DNA of 64,000 bases from Eledone cirrhosa (lineage: Eukaryota), in contig OZ024742.1 of assembly GCA_964016885.1 (NCBI GenBank), forward strand, positions 319,858,001-319,922,000. Reading direction: 5' to 3'. The translations under genes and the position numbers were made by a program. Under the pieces are notes generated by a model. It made no database searches, was not told where the DNA came from, and was given only the letters and a program-made list of their open reading frames with translations. Positions 42,776 through 55,177 of this stretch are shown piece after piece. Numbering within the stretch: position 1 is the first letter of the stretch; each line of letters starts with the position of its first letter.

Positions 42776-44420
42776 TGTGTGTGTGTGTGTGGAGAATTCC
42801 GATGTAAATCGGGAGACGACTACTGTTAAAAAAGGTACTCAATAGACATTCATTTTATTTTAGGAATGATTTGCACAGGACTAGAACAGTTTCACTCGTA
42901 AGAAATCATTAGGAAAGTAACTGTTAATAGGACACTGTATAACACATGCAGGCCATGCTTAGCAACATATATGTCAGTGCTACTCCATTGTCGACATGCA
43001 TGTTTTGGCACATTGTACATGTTAGTAGCATAGCATGTTGCAGAGCACGTATGCATATGGAGTTAAATATACACTCGTACATGTGTGGCTGGTGTGCTTA
43101 ACAAGTTCGCTTTGCAAACATTTGGTTTACGTGACACATTTCTACTATACTTACTATATGTAGTCTTCTGTTCGATAACTTATGAATGAAATTTAGTACA
43201 TTTAAATTACTCTCCATCTCAAATAATTGTGGGGTGGGAATAAGCGGGGAGAAGAGGAATCGGTAATTGTTCTAGGTTGTCTTCGTGGATTCTTTTAAAA
43301 ACCAGAATTGGCAGGTATAGGATTTTTTAATGTATAAAGAAAATGAATTGTCGCAGGAATGCTACCACTTAAAATAAAATTTCGCCGAATATAGATGAAC
43401 AAAATTTAATACTTGAGGGGGAGATGGCTTGGAATAAGAGTGTGTGTGTGGGGGGGGGGGGGTTACTCGAGATCCCAGAGTATGCAGAAGCCCGTCGGGT
43501 GTGTGTGCACCTGTATATATGTATGTATGTGTGTATGTATGTATGTGTATTATGTATGTATGTGCATGTATGTATGTATGTATGTATGTATGTATGCATG
43601 TATGTGCATGTATGTATGTATGCATGTATGTATGCATGTATGCATGTATATATGTATGTATGCATGTATATGTGTGTTGTCGTTCGCCGGTGTGAAAGAT
43701 ATAAGCGGCGAGAAAACTGATAAACCGGTGCTTTACGAACGAAGTTTCTTCACGTATGTTGTACATAGAATTCTGTCTAACATATCTCTTTCTTTCCCTC
43801 CCTCTTCCTCTTTCTCCCGCCCCCCAACCAGAAATGCAGTGAGTCAGTGATTGGTTCATTGGGAATCCGTAACCAGCGACGCTTATTATTCACCAGTTGC
43901 GAGTAAATATTAAATAACTATCCATCATTTATTTAATGTTTTCAGTAGAGTATCGTTAAATGTAAATTATAAACGTTTCTTAGCGAAATAAGAGGACTAG
44001 CAAATATAAGCACCCATTTATGATTATGTATGTAAACAAAAACGACTGGTTTCTCGCTGAAGCACAAGTCGGTTGAAAGACTCAATAAATTGAATTGATG
44101 TTGTAAATAAATTAACAAAGGGCAGACAACTGCGTTATCATTTTGGAAATTACTTCACTCGAAACACTTGATTGTATTTCTAAGGGAATACACTTTGTTT
44201 GAATTAAATAATGAAACATTTTGAAGGATTTCTTTCAATTATTAATGATTTCATTATTAATATAATAACTTAACATGATTCTTATATAAAATTAGATTGG
44301 AAAATTTTAATCTATAAGTTGAATATATACACACAGACAAATAATATATACAACACCTAATTACATATTTCACATAAAAATATAAAATCAGAACGAAAGA
44401 ACAGTTGGCAGGTGAACAGT

Positions 44421-44470
44421 GAGCTGTACTGATGAAGGGTAATACCCAGAAACATTAGTGTCTGCAGTTC
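44421..44470 (+). ncRNA. Compact type I hammerhead ribozyme motif (fifth family, GUC site)
   Basis: Stem I GAGCUGUA/UGCAGUUC, CUGAUGA 44429-44435, stem II GGGU/ACCC (A-A closing mismatch), GAAA 44449-44452, stem III ACA/UGU, predicted cut after C44462. Confidence 0.75.
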
Positions 44471-44859
44471 TGTTTACATGCCAACACAAGAGCAAGAATG
44501 TCATTCTACTGACATGGCTTTAAAAATGAGGCTTGTTTGCATAATTACAAACGAATCGAATATTATTAATATTCGAAAAACTCATCATCAAGATGGGTAC
44601 GGGTTAATGATAAGGGCACATTTACTTAATTATTATTATTAATTTATTTTCTGTATATACCTAGGGTCGATGAGGGATGAAGAATTCCATGAAGGGGTCG
44701 AAGGTCTAAAATGTTTGGGGACAGATTGGTGTACAGTCTAACTGGTTGTTTACAGTGGAAAGTCTACATGTTTATTTACAGTTCAGTCCACCTCAACTAC
44801 AAAAACTATCCCTTACCTTCCAGGTCAAGTCATGTACACAACATAGGCTAGGAGGGAGC

Positions 44860-45154
44860 TGCGATAGACCGTACACTTAGGGTTGCAGGTGTTATATCAG
44901 AGTTTTCTTTCTCCTAGAATTCTGCCTTGACAAAGGTTAAGGGGTCATCTCTCCCGGTGATTTTGGATGGCCATTCACTCTTAAGAGCTCCTTTGCCCTT
45001 TGACAGGTTTTGTTTTTAGTTCTGCAGGATGTCCAAAGTCACCCTCCTCACCAAGAAACCTTGGTGGGGTTGCCAGTTTAGTCGCCAACGACCCGACCAT
45101 GAGACAGGTTGTACTGGGATACATGTTACCAGTAGCACCAACTGGTGACCTGAC
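44860..45154 (-). mobile_element. Probable RTE-type LINE 5' UTR fragment
   Basis: GC-richer block starting at a (TATG)n tract and containing CTAGGAGAAAGAAAACTCTGA, a motif recalled from RTE 5' UTRs; no ORF support. Confidence 0.35.
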
Positions 45155-45724
45155 ATACATACATACATACATACATACATACATACATACATACATACAT
45201 ACATACATACATACATAGTAATGCCATCGCTTGATACTTAAGTATAAGCATCATGGACGTGGCTTGTTAGTCCTGCTAGGAACTTGCCTATGGCCAGTAA
45301 TACCATGCATCGCAAAAAAAAATGTCACATATCAAGCGGTGCCTGTACTTCAAGCTTTTCTAAGTGAGGAGAGGCTTTGCAAATACATACATACGTACAT
45401 ACATGCACACACGCGTGTGTGTGTCAGCTAAGTTATGAAATTGGCAAAAAGATGTATGAAAAGTTAGTTTTGGCGAAGAAAGTACCTTACTAAGAACATG
45501 TAACTTTACTCTTCACTTATCGGACAAACTTTGTGAAATATATTAACCACACGGATGCAAACTATTGCTTACTAGTTCTGCTGTGTAACACCATACTTAT
45601 GATCTAGGATCTTTCCAACCATGGCCGTCTCGTTTAGTTTTTTTTTTATTTAGATATCACGTCTCTATAACTACATTGTCTAATACAGTTGTTCTTTGCT
45701 TTTATAGCTCCATGACACGATAGT

Positions 45725-46060
45725 TTGGCAGTGTCGGTAGAGCGTCAGCATAGAATTATTATTGCAGATTAGATTTATGGCCCTTTATGTTCTAGGTTCA
45801 AATCCCGCCAAGATTAATTTTGCCTTTCATCCTTACGGAGTCGATAAAATAAAGTACCAGCAATGCACTGGAGTAATCGCTAGCCTTTTGCCAAACGTTG
45901 AAACAATTATTTGAAGCATAGAGTTACGGCCCTTTATGATCTGAGTTCAAATCCCGTCGAGGTAACTTTGCCTTTCATCCTTACGGGGTTGATAAAATAA
46001 AGCACCAGTAATATACTGAGGTAATTGGTGGCCTTGTGCCAAAAGTTGAAACAAGTATTA
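45725..46060 (+). mobile_element. Two tandem tRNA-derived SINE copies (second lacks the A box)
   Basis: TGGCAGTGTCGG...GGTTCAAATCC...TTTGCCTTTCATCCTTACGG.GT.GATAAAATAAAG; the B box and core occur twice (near 45796 and 45943). Confidence 0.8.
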
Positions 46061-46227
46061 TAGGGAGACACTCCCACCGATTTCTCTGCGAAATAATGTA
46101 CTTTTGTCCGGTTTTTTTTTTGGGGGGGGGTCGTATTATCAATTAAACTTACCTCCTAATATGGCCCTAAGAACTATTTTCCACGAGAAAAGGGGGTACC
46201 CTCGGACTATTCATCCCCTTCCCGGAG

Positions 46228-46381
46228 GGTTAGCGTTATGGTTGGGGTTAAAGTTAGGGTTAGGGCTGGGCTTAGGGTTGTGGTTAGGATTAGGTTTAGG
46301 GTTATTGTTGGGTTAAGGTTGGGTTAAGGTTGGGGTAAGGGTTGAGGTTAGGGTTAGGATTGGGGTTAGGGTTAGGGTTAG
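46228..46381 (+). repeat. Degenerate interstitial (TTAGGG)n-like array
   Basis: About 25 hexamers varying around TTAGGG, including perfect TTAGGGTTAGGG runs. Confidence 0.85.
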
Positions 46382-47542
46382 ATGGAAAGAAAACTCCGGG
46401 AGAGGGGTAGGTCCGTGATCCCACTTCCCTCATCTGTTTTCAGAGGAAAAAGTTCTTTGCAGCAAGAGGTAAGATTAGTTGGTAGTTAACGAAATCAAAA
46501 AAAAAAAAAATCACAAATATTATTTCCCTTTGAAATCCGTGTGAGTGCCTTTCTATAAATATACCCCCTAAAAAAAAAATGATGTATTCCCACTCAATAT
46601 AAAACATGTTTGGTATTAAACATTTATATGTAAAATCTAGGCGAAAAAATTGCCTCTTTCTGCGGTTTCTCACCCATGCGTTCAGTATTACTAACCTAAC
46701 GAGTCACTACACTGCAACGTACCGTTTGAAGGAAATGTTCCGTACGAACAAATAGAAATGCAACCGTTGGCTATCGCTATTCATCTCCAACTAGATTTTT
46801 CCGTTGTTATTGTTGTAGTTGTTGTTTAGCACCAGGTCAACTTTGATTCAACAAACCTGTGATCAAAGACAACACATCTATAGCCATCCCGTCTTCTTTA
46901 TTTTTTTAAGTTATTATTATTTTTTTTTTTTTTTTGCGTATCTATGACTGCATTATCTAAAATATCCCCCCCCCCCCGGTTCTATTTTAAGCCGATGTGA
47001 TGTGATTTAGTTGTTATCTCCAGCAGGTCAAGTGACCAGGTTAACTCGTTAGAATAACTTTTATATAAAAGTTCTCTGATTCTTATCCATAATTCACCTT
47101 ACTTTCTCTCTTTTTTCTCTCACTTGTTCCGTACTTTCTCTCTTACTTCTTCTCTCTAATCACTTCTTTACTTTCACTCTCGTTTTTCTTATTTCCTACC
47201 ACTTCTCTTTATTTATTTATTTATTTATTTATTTCATTAATTACTTATTTGTTTCACTATATCTGTCTGTCGCTACTTTCTTCATGTATGTTATGCATAA
47301 AATTACGTATAATCTCTCTCTCTCGCTCTATCTATCTATCTTGATAGAATGAGACACGCTTCACATCGGCTCTGCTATTCTATCGGAATTTACCCTTACT
47401 ATAGTAAGTACCAGTGAATTTTTTCAGTGCAACACATTTGGAACAGTTACCCCTGTTATTTAGGGAAACATTTTTACATTTACCCCCTTTTTAGGGGGTA
47501 AAATAAATAACTATTTTTCTGTAAAACTTCTTTCTTGGCCGC

Positions 47543-49316
47543 ATGGCGGGAAAGATGGCAGACATGTCTGCCATTAGCTCTGCCACGCCCCCCAAGTCTG
47601 AAGAACAAAAAATGGATACAACAAAACTAGACAACGAAACAAACAAGGAAAATGAAAAAACAAATGTTACGGAAAATGAGCAAACGGAAAACAAACAAAC
47701 AGAAAACAAGAATACAAAAAACAACAAGGCAACTTTTGCCCAGACAACAAAAAAATCAATCACATATACACCTATTGACTTAACTGCCGCCAGAGAGAAA
47801 CTGGCAGAAGCAAAAAAGCACATAGTCTTAGGGGAGAACGGAATGTTTTCCATTAATTCCCCCCCCCCCCCCCAGAATTCAAGAAAACGAGACAAGAAAA
47901 CACTGTTCTGTTTAGAACAGTCCTAAACAACACAAGGAAGCCAGCACAGCCCACCCAAACGGAGATAGAGTTGGTCCTAAAAGACCATATGAAGAATATT
48001 CTCTTCATACGAAAGGACCGACTCTATGGTAGCATTTCTGTTTTAACAAAAGACAAAGAAACAGCACAGAGGCTTTCCCTAAGCCCACTCACATCAACAG
48101 CATACAGTTTCTATCCCTCCTGCATGGGTAGAAGAACTCAGAGAATCAAAATACAGACAATGCTGCCCACAATGGACTTCTGGTGGGCTATTGCTGGCTT
48201 CATAGACATGGGCGAGGACACAGTGCTGTCAATGGGGAAGGCATCTGGAGATGCGTTCCTGGGAATGGGCCTCGAGCGACTAGTACAAATGAGGCCCGAA
48301 AGAATGGCGCAAATCCCGGATCGCATCTGGCTGGATGACCTCACCCCAATATATATAATTGTAGAGGGGAGAAGACCAGCATGCTATTCATGCATGGAAA
48401 GGGGACACGTTAAGGCTAACTGCCCGAATCGTATCCCCCAAAAAGGACTATTGCCCACACCCACCACAAACAGTACACCAACACCACCCACCTCCAAAAA
48501 TACACTAACACCACCAACACACACAGCAAACAAAATACAGACACAACCAAGCACAAGCACAACACAAACATCACCACTACCATCACCAAGCACAAGCACG
48601 ACACAAACATCACCACCACCACCACAAAACACATTCCAAACAAATAATAAAAAAAAAACAGCAACAATTCTACCCCTCCCGCAAAAAAAAACAACCAGAC
48701 ACCACGTTCCTCCCACCTAGCGCTGAAGAGTTTCCCCCAACTTCTGAAGAAGGGGGAGGAGAAGCCTTCAGACAAGTTAAAAGGAAAAAACGAAAGCACG
48801 CACCCAGCACACCACAACAACAAATAACCCACACACAAACACGAACTCCAATCAAAAACACCCCACCCTCGACAAACAAAAATAAATCTGCGCCTCCCCT
48901 CTTCGAAACATTGACAGCATCACAAAAAAAGACTTTACAATACACATATATAAATAAAGAAAACAAAAAACTGTTTAAATTAATAAACAATAGCCCTTTG
49001 GTGCAGACTGAAGGGCCAAACTTTATCTCAACAGAGAACTTTACTCATTTAAAAATGATAAAGGTCCCTCTGGACCTTTATCGTTCCTTAAAAGAACAAT
49101 TTAAACAGGACGTGAGCCCCCCCCCCCTGTTTAAAACCGTTAAATCGCGTCCTCTTGAAAGATTTCCCCATAACCTCCCCTCTCCCTGACACAATTCCAA
49201 ATACCCCAACCCCACCACACTCGGATACCCCCACACCACCACAAAACATCCCTCCACCCAACACACCCGACCCCATGGAAATTACACAACCCGGACTCGG
49301 GGACGCGGAGAGGTAG
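47543..49316 (+). pseudogene. LINE E1 ORF1 (gag-like, single CCHC knuckle), frameshifted
   Basis: ORFs 47543-47926, 47971-48720 and 48911-49189 are collinear with ORF1 of E2 and E5; frameshifts fall at homopolymer runs. Confidence 0.8.
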
Positions 49317-49356
49317 GTGCTTTTCTTTCTTCACTTTCAACACCAAAACAGATCAA

Positions 49357-52269
49357 TTGAGAGTTGGTTGTTTGAATGCGCGTGGCCTGGGCTCAGCTTG
49401 GAAGCAAGCAAAGCTTCTAAGTGACCTCAGGTCACGAAGTATAGATGTGATGGTTGTTTGCGAGAGTCGGATCAGACGCGTGCGACAGCTGGCTCCCGCC
49501 TTCGATGACTTTGAGATGCACGCATCTCTCTGTCAACCCGGAGGTGGGGGTGGGGTTGCCGTACTGCTGGATAAACGTCTGGCTCTCGACGTACAGATTG
49601 TTCACTCGGACCCGGGGGGTCGATTACTGGTGCTGGACGTCGGAGGCGGTGAAGGCGGGTTTTCAGACTGGTCGGTATTTATGCCCCCTTCGGGGCTGAA
49701 AGAGCCGACTTCTTCCAGCGTCTGGAGACTTTTCTAGGAACGTCGCGTTCCCTGCTTTTAGTGGGGGACTGGAATGGAATCCTAGTTGCGCGTTGGGACT
49801 ATGCAAGGCATGTCCCAATAGAGGGGGTGTAGCAGCCTCAAGGGGTAACTCGATCGATTCGACCTGGTCGATAGATTTCGACTAGATTTTCCAACTGTGC
49901 CAACCTGGACTTGGGCAAACCGCAGTGGTCAATCTAGATTGTACCTAGATAGGTTTTTGGTTAGGAGTAAGGATAGGGACGTATTTAGTTGTCCAGAATT
50001 GCTCATGGTTGGCTATTCAGATCACAAATTAGTGACCTGCGTGGTCAACCTTGATAGAAGGCATAGACAGGGTCCCGGTTACTGGAAGATGAACTTGTCC
50101 TTGCCGGCAAAGGAAGCTTACAGGAACCAGATTAGTAGCTTAGTTAAGATGCGGTTGACGGGAGCGATCGTCAACAGCAGGTGGTGGATATCTCTAAAGA
50201 GAGAGATTAGAGTAAGTTCGATAGGTTACAGTAAGGAACTAGCGGCGAATAGAAATAGGAGGGAAAGGGAGTTGACAGATAAACTAGAAGAGGCGATTAG
50301 GAGCGGAGACGTGGCCAGAGTGTTAGCGTCGAGAACGGCGTTGAGCCAGTTCTTTGACGCGAAACACGAAGGCTGCGTTGTCCGAAGTAAAATACGTGTT
50401 TTAGGAAACGAGGGGACCAAAGCTGTTAGCTGGGCCCGCGTGACAGAAGTCAAGAGGGGGATTAAATCCACCATTCGGTCTTTGCGAGACCAGGATGGAC
50501 GGGTGATCCTTGAACCTGAGCTGATGTGCGAGGCCTTTCAAAGGCACTTTGCTCGACTGTTCGGAGGGGGCGGGGGCCGGACGGGGATGTGGACTTCGGT
50601 CCATACCTCGACGGCCTACCGCGTCTTTCGAGCCGCGAAGCGGATTGCTGCGAAAGGCCAATCACAGCCACTGAAATCGGGAAAGCGCTCAGCCAATGCA
50701 GCAGACGCAAAACTCCGGGTCTCGATGGTCTACCATACGAACTTTATTTAGCTATGCCGGTCTTGTTCTCCGAACTCCTCGAGGCTGTCTATTGCAACTG
50801 GCAACAGAACGGGAGAATTCCCTGTTCTGTGACCAAAGGCGTAGTCACGCTAGTAAGGAAGGACGAGAGCAAGGGGGACGACTTAAGTAACTTTAGGCCC
50901 ATAACTCTGCTGAATGCAGAGTTAAAGATTTTGGCCAAGGTGTTAGCGAAGAGGTTGGCGCTTGTGGTGGGTGGCTTGGTGGGAGACGCGCTGACATGCG
51001 CTATCCCGTCCAGGTCGATTCACGACAATCTCCACCTCATGCGATACATCGTAGAGAGGGCTGGGAACGAACCCGGCTTTGGTGGGGCCCTGATCAACTT
51101 GGAGCAATCTAAGGCGTTCGATAGGGTCGACCATGGTTACCTGGATGCGGTGCTAGCGGCGGCGGGCTTCGGACCCGTTTTCAGGGGCTGGATTTCTGCC
51201 ATGCACAGTGGCAACGTCTGCTCTAGGGTTAACGTAAACGGCTACCTCTTGGAGCCGTTTCAAATCACCCAGTCCATCAGGCAGGGGTGCCCCCTCTCCT
51301 CCCTTCTGTACGTATTGGCTCTCGAGCCACTGCTGCGGAAGTTGGAGTTGCTGCGGGGAATACCCCTGGAACCGGGATTGCACAAAGCGGTCTCGGCCTA
51401 TGCCGACGACGTAACAGTAATGGTGGCGGACGCCTCGGAAATCGGGGCGATCGCCACCCTACTGGAGGAATACGAAAGGCTGACGGGGGCTAGGCTGAAC
51501 CGGGACAAGTCAGTCGGTTTGCAACTCGGAACGCGGAGGGGTAAACCGATGCCGTTCGACGGTGTCGTCGGACGGTGGACGGAGGGCCCGGTGAAGCTGC
51601 TCGGGGTCTGGTTCGGACCGGACCTCCAGGTGGAGAAGAATTGGGGCGAGGTGACGAGCAGGGTGTTTGCGCTGACCCAGAAGTGGGCCAAGTGCAAACT
51701 ATCACTGAAAGGTCGGGCGGAGGTGACGAACGCTTACATAGCGTCCGTCATCTACTACCGCCTGACCGTCGTGCCTTGCCCTAAGGAAACGCTCACCATC
51801 ATGGAGCGCATGCTCTTCCAGTTCCTCTGGAAGAAGCGGCCTCCCATGGTGAGGAGATCCATCTGCTGCCAGCACCCTTCGAAAGGAGGGCTGGGTATGC
51901 CGTGGCTGTTGATGCGTAGGCACGCATTGAGACTACGGCATCTACAGGTATTCCTCACCGGTCAGCCGGTGTGGGCCCCGTTTGTGAGGCGAGCCTTCCC
52001 ACAGCTCGTCTCGATCACCGAGCTGCAATCCTGGGTGAAGCAAAGACCGAGAAAACTGGGCAACTGGCACACCGAGTGTGCCCAGGCGCTCACGGCTCTC
52101 TGGCAAGCGGACCCGACTATCAGTGGAGAATCCACCTCGACATTCTATAGAGGGCTGGTGGCTACCAGGGGCGAGACACCCTTGGAGAGTCGCTAGGCAT
52201 GGAGGAGGACGAACTGGCCAGCCTGTTCGGTAGAACTTTCGGCCCGGGACCCATGGACAACTTCCAGAG
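49357..52269 (+). pseudogene. LINE E1 ORF2 (APE endonuclease + reverse transcriptase), disrupted
   Basis: CLNARGL, GDWN, YLDRFLV, YSDH, GPGYWKMN; PGLDGLPYE, FRPITLLN, SKAFDRVDH, RQGCPLS, YADDV, GGLGMP; several frameshifts and a stop at 52196. Confidence 0.92.
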
Positions 52270-54382
52270 TTGCACCCCTCTCTATCGGGACATGCCCCTG
52301 CATAGTCCCAACGTGCATCCAGGATACCATTCCAGTCCCCCACTAAAAGCAGGGAACGGGACGTCCCTAGAAAAGACTCCAGACGCTGGAAAAAGTCGGG
52401 CCGCTCTGTCCCAAAAGGGGCATATGCGGCTACCAGCCTAAAGGCTCTACCTTCACCACTGTGAAATTTTTTAGGAGGACGCGGTTGATTGGCTTGGCGC
52501 AGGGGGGGGAGGACGTCCTCCGTGAAATTTGTTTTCACTGTTTTATAAAAGTTCATTGGGACTTTAATCATTTTTAAATGAGGTAGTCCCACAGTAGTTA
52601 TAAAGTTAGGCCCTTCAGTTTGGACCGAAGGGTTTGATGCAATTGTGTTCATTAGTTCTTTGTTGTCTGTGTTCATGTATGTATATTGTAAAGTCTTTTT
52701 TGTGTAGCAGTTAGTGTTGTGTGACGGGGAAGGGTGGTTTGTGTGTAGTTTGTGTTCTCGTGGGGAGGGTTAATGTTAACAAGTGTGTCTGTGGTGCGTC
52801 TCCTCTTCTTTCTTTTTACTGTTTGGAAGGGATCTTTTTCGTCTTGCGACGAAAGGGGTTCGTCTTCCTTGTTGGGTGGGAGGGGTATGTTTTCTGGTAG
52901 TGTTTGCGGTGTGTGTTTTTGTATTTGTTTTGGGTGGGGAGGGGTTGGGTGGGACAGTATTGTGTTGTTTTTTCACGTGTTTGTTGTTGTTGTTGTTGTT
53001 GTTGTTGTGGTGGTGGTGGTGTTGTTGGTTTTTGTTGTTGTTGTTGTGGTTGTTTTTGTTGTTGTTGGGGTGGTGTTGGTGTTGGTAGCAGTGTTTTTTT
53101 CTGTGTGAGCTGGGGACAGGCAGCCCTCAGGTGACCTCTATTGCCACAGAGGTAACAGGAGGGACGCCTACCCTCCACAATAATGTTGAGGTGGGTACGG
53201 TCATCCAGCATGACGCGCTCAGGGATTTGGGCGATACGTTCTGGCCTTATTTGGGTCAGAACTTCGATACTCGTTCCACTGAACGCGTCGCCGGATGCCT
53301 TCCCTATTGAAATGAGGTTGTCCTCGTCTAAATTGAGGAAACCGGTTAGTAACCACCAGTAGTTTATGTTTGGGATGATGGTGGTTATCCATATTCTCTG
53401 GGGTTTTTTACCCATGTAAGTGGGGAAGAAGGTGTAGTGTGTGGAACGAATTGGCGACACAGAGTATTTTTTCGCCGCCATTTCGTCTTTCATCAATATG
53501 GATAAACTCCCATAGAATTTATCCTTTTGTATGAAAGTGATGTCTTTCATCGCTTCTTTCAGTACTAACTGAATTTCAGCTTGAGATGGTTGTGCTGGTT
53601 TTTTTGTTTTATTTAAAATTGTACGGAATACGACAGTTCGTAATTCCGTCTGTTTTTTTAGTTCTGGAGGTGAATTTATAGAAAACGAACCGTTTTCGCC
53701 AAAAGATACATATTTTTTGGCTTTTTCCAGCATTTCTTTGGCTTTTTCCAGCATTTCTTTGGCTTTTGAAATATCTTCAAGCACATAAGTGACTGATAAT
53801 TTAGCCGTTTGTGCAAAAGATATTTTGTTTTCGTTGTTGGTGTTTGTATTGTTTTGTTTCTCGTCGTTTGAATTGTTTTCATCTTTGTTGTTGTTGTCTT
53901 TCTCGTTTGGTGTGTGGATACTTGTGACGTTTGTGTTGTTGTTTTTGTTGTCTTTATTGTTGCTGTTGTTGTCGTTGTTGTTGTTGTTTTCAGTTTCTTG
54001 TATAGTTGTGGCTACATCAAATTGTCGGTCAACAGGTGTAGAAAATTCTTCCTCTGGCTGACCTCTGCCTTTGGCATCTGCTGCTGTGGCAGTGGCAGGG
54101 GGAAACTGTGAGTATGACTTCCCTTTTCTTTCTTTGATTGTTGGTGAAGATGCTTCAGCCATTTTTCTCAAAATAGGATTTTTCGAAATTTTTCGAAAGA
54201 TAAAATGTTTACAACACTATTTCGCCTAAAGGCGTAGAATATTTTGAGAGACTGACCAGATCAAAATTTGACCTGGCAGTCCCTCTACAAACGGGTACGA
54301 AAATGAAAGTTTACAGTTCACAATTTCAGATAAATTTAAACGAAACTTACCGAGCGAGCTCAGCACATGTGTCCAGAAAGAA
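52270..54382 (-). mobile_element. Tx1/L1-clade LINE segment E2 (5' UTR, ORF1, short endonuclease piece)
   Basis: 451-aa ORF1 at 52816-54171 with EGRRPSCYLCGNRGHLRAACP; a deletion at ~52460 joins ORF1 to AFRLVAAYAP...LVGDWNG. The 5' end abuts (TATC)n at 54383-54402. Confidence 0.9.
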
Positions 54383-54402
54383 GATAGATAGATAGATAGA
54401 TA

Positions 54403-55177
54403 TATTTCTTTATTTGCCACTAGGGCACAAAAGAAAGGGACAAATACACAGATGGGAGTTTACATAAATGCGAGTAAAGAAAAAAGGAATAACAATAAGA
54501 ATAATATAATAATAAAAAGTCCTCAAAAGGGAGGGGGCGTGTTGGGGATTGCACATACCCCCGAAAAGTGTGCAACCCCTTTCCCGGGGGAAGCCCAGAG
54601 AGGAGGCGCTCCCCCTTTCCTCTTCACTTCTTCACCTACAGAACAATGTAGAGAGAAGGCCCATTCACACGAGCCATTCTCGCCACTTTCACCCACCTTT
54701 CATAAAACTGTCTGGGGCCAAGCACTTCTCGCTCCATGCTGATCCTTCTTCCGAAGTGGTATCGGAAGAAGTAAACCAGGTGTTGGCCGGAGAGAAAGTC
54801 ACCCGACCTCAGACCTTTCAGGCGCGTCCACCACAAAACCGCTTTCATCGTGGCTATTACGCACAGAAAAACCGCCTCTGCTTCATTTCTGAAGGGAGGA
54901 GGCGGCTTGATGTTCACCACGGACTCGGCGGCCAATCGAATCGGCGCCACACGCGACAGCAGTCGTTCGGGGTAGCCCCACAGATCGGAAACGCCCGGGC
55001 AGTGTACCAGTGGGTGCGCAACGGTTTCCTCGTCGCGCACGCATCTGGGACAGATCTTTTTCGCGGGATCCCAGCCCAGGCGCCCGTGTCTGTAGAGCTT
55101 TTCTCGAACGGGCAGAGCCCCCCGGTAGCACTGCCAGGCTAGGGACCTCTGGAAGTTGTTCATGGGTCCCGAGCCGA
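54403..55177 (-). mobile_element. Tx1/L1-clade LINE segment E3 (ORF2 C-terminus, 3' UTR, AATAAA, (TATC)n)
   Basis: GPMNNFQRSLAWQCYRGALPV...CPRC..DEET..H...HC...ERWVKVARM; ends GTGGCAAATAAAG then TATC repeats. Confidence 0.9.

Larger units (their letters stand above)
47341..52269 (+). mobile_element. Tx1/L1-clade LINE segment E1 (5' UTR, ORF1, most of ORF2; 3' end displaced)
   Basis: Starts after (TATC)3. ORF1 with EGRRPACYSCMERGHVKANCP; ORF2 APE and RT motifs; breaks at ...FGPGPMDNFQ. Confidence 0.92.

Noticed and set aside
46228-46381. True chromosome end or fusion site
   Set aside because: The array is short, degenerate, single-orientation and internal.
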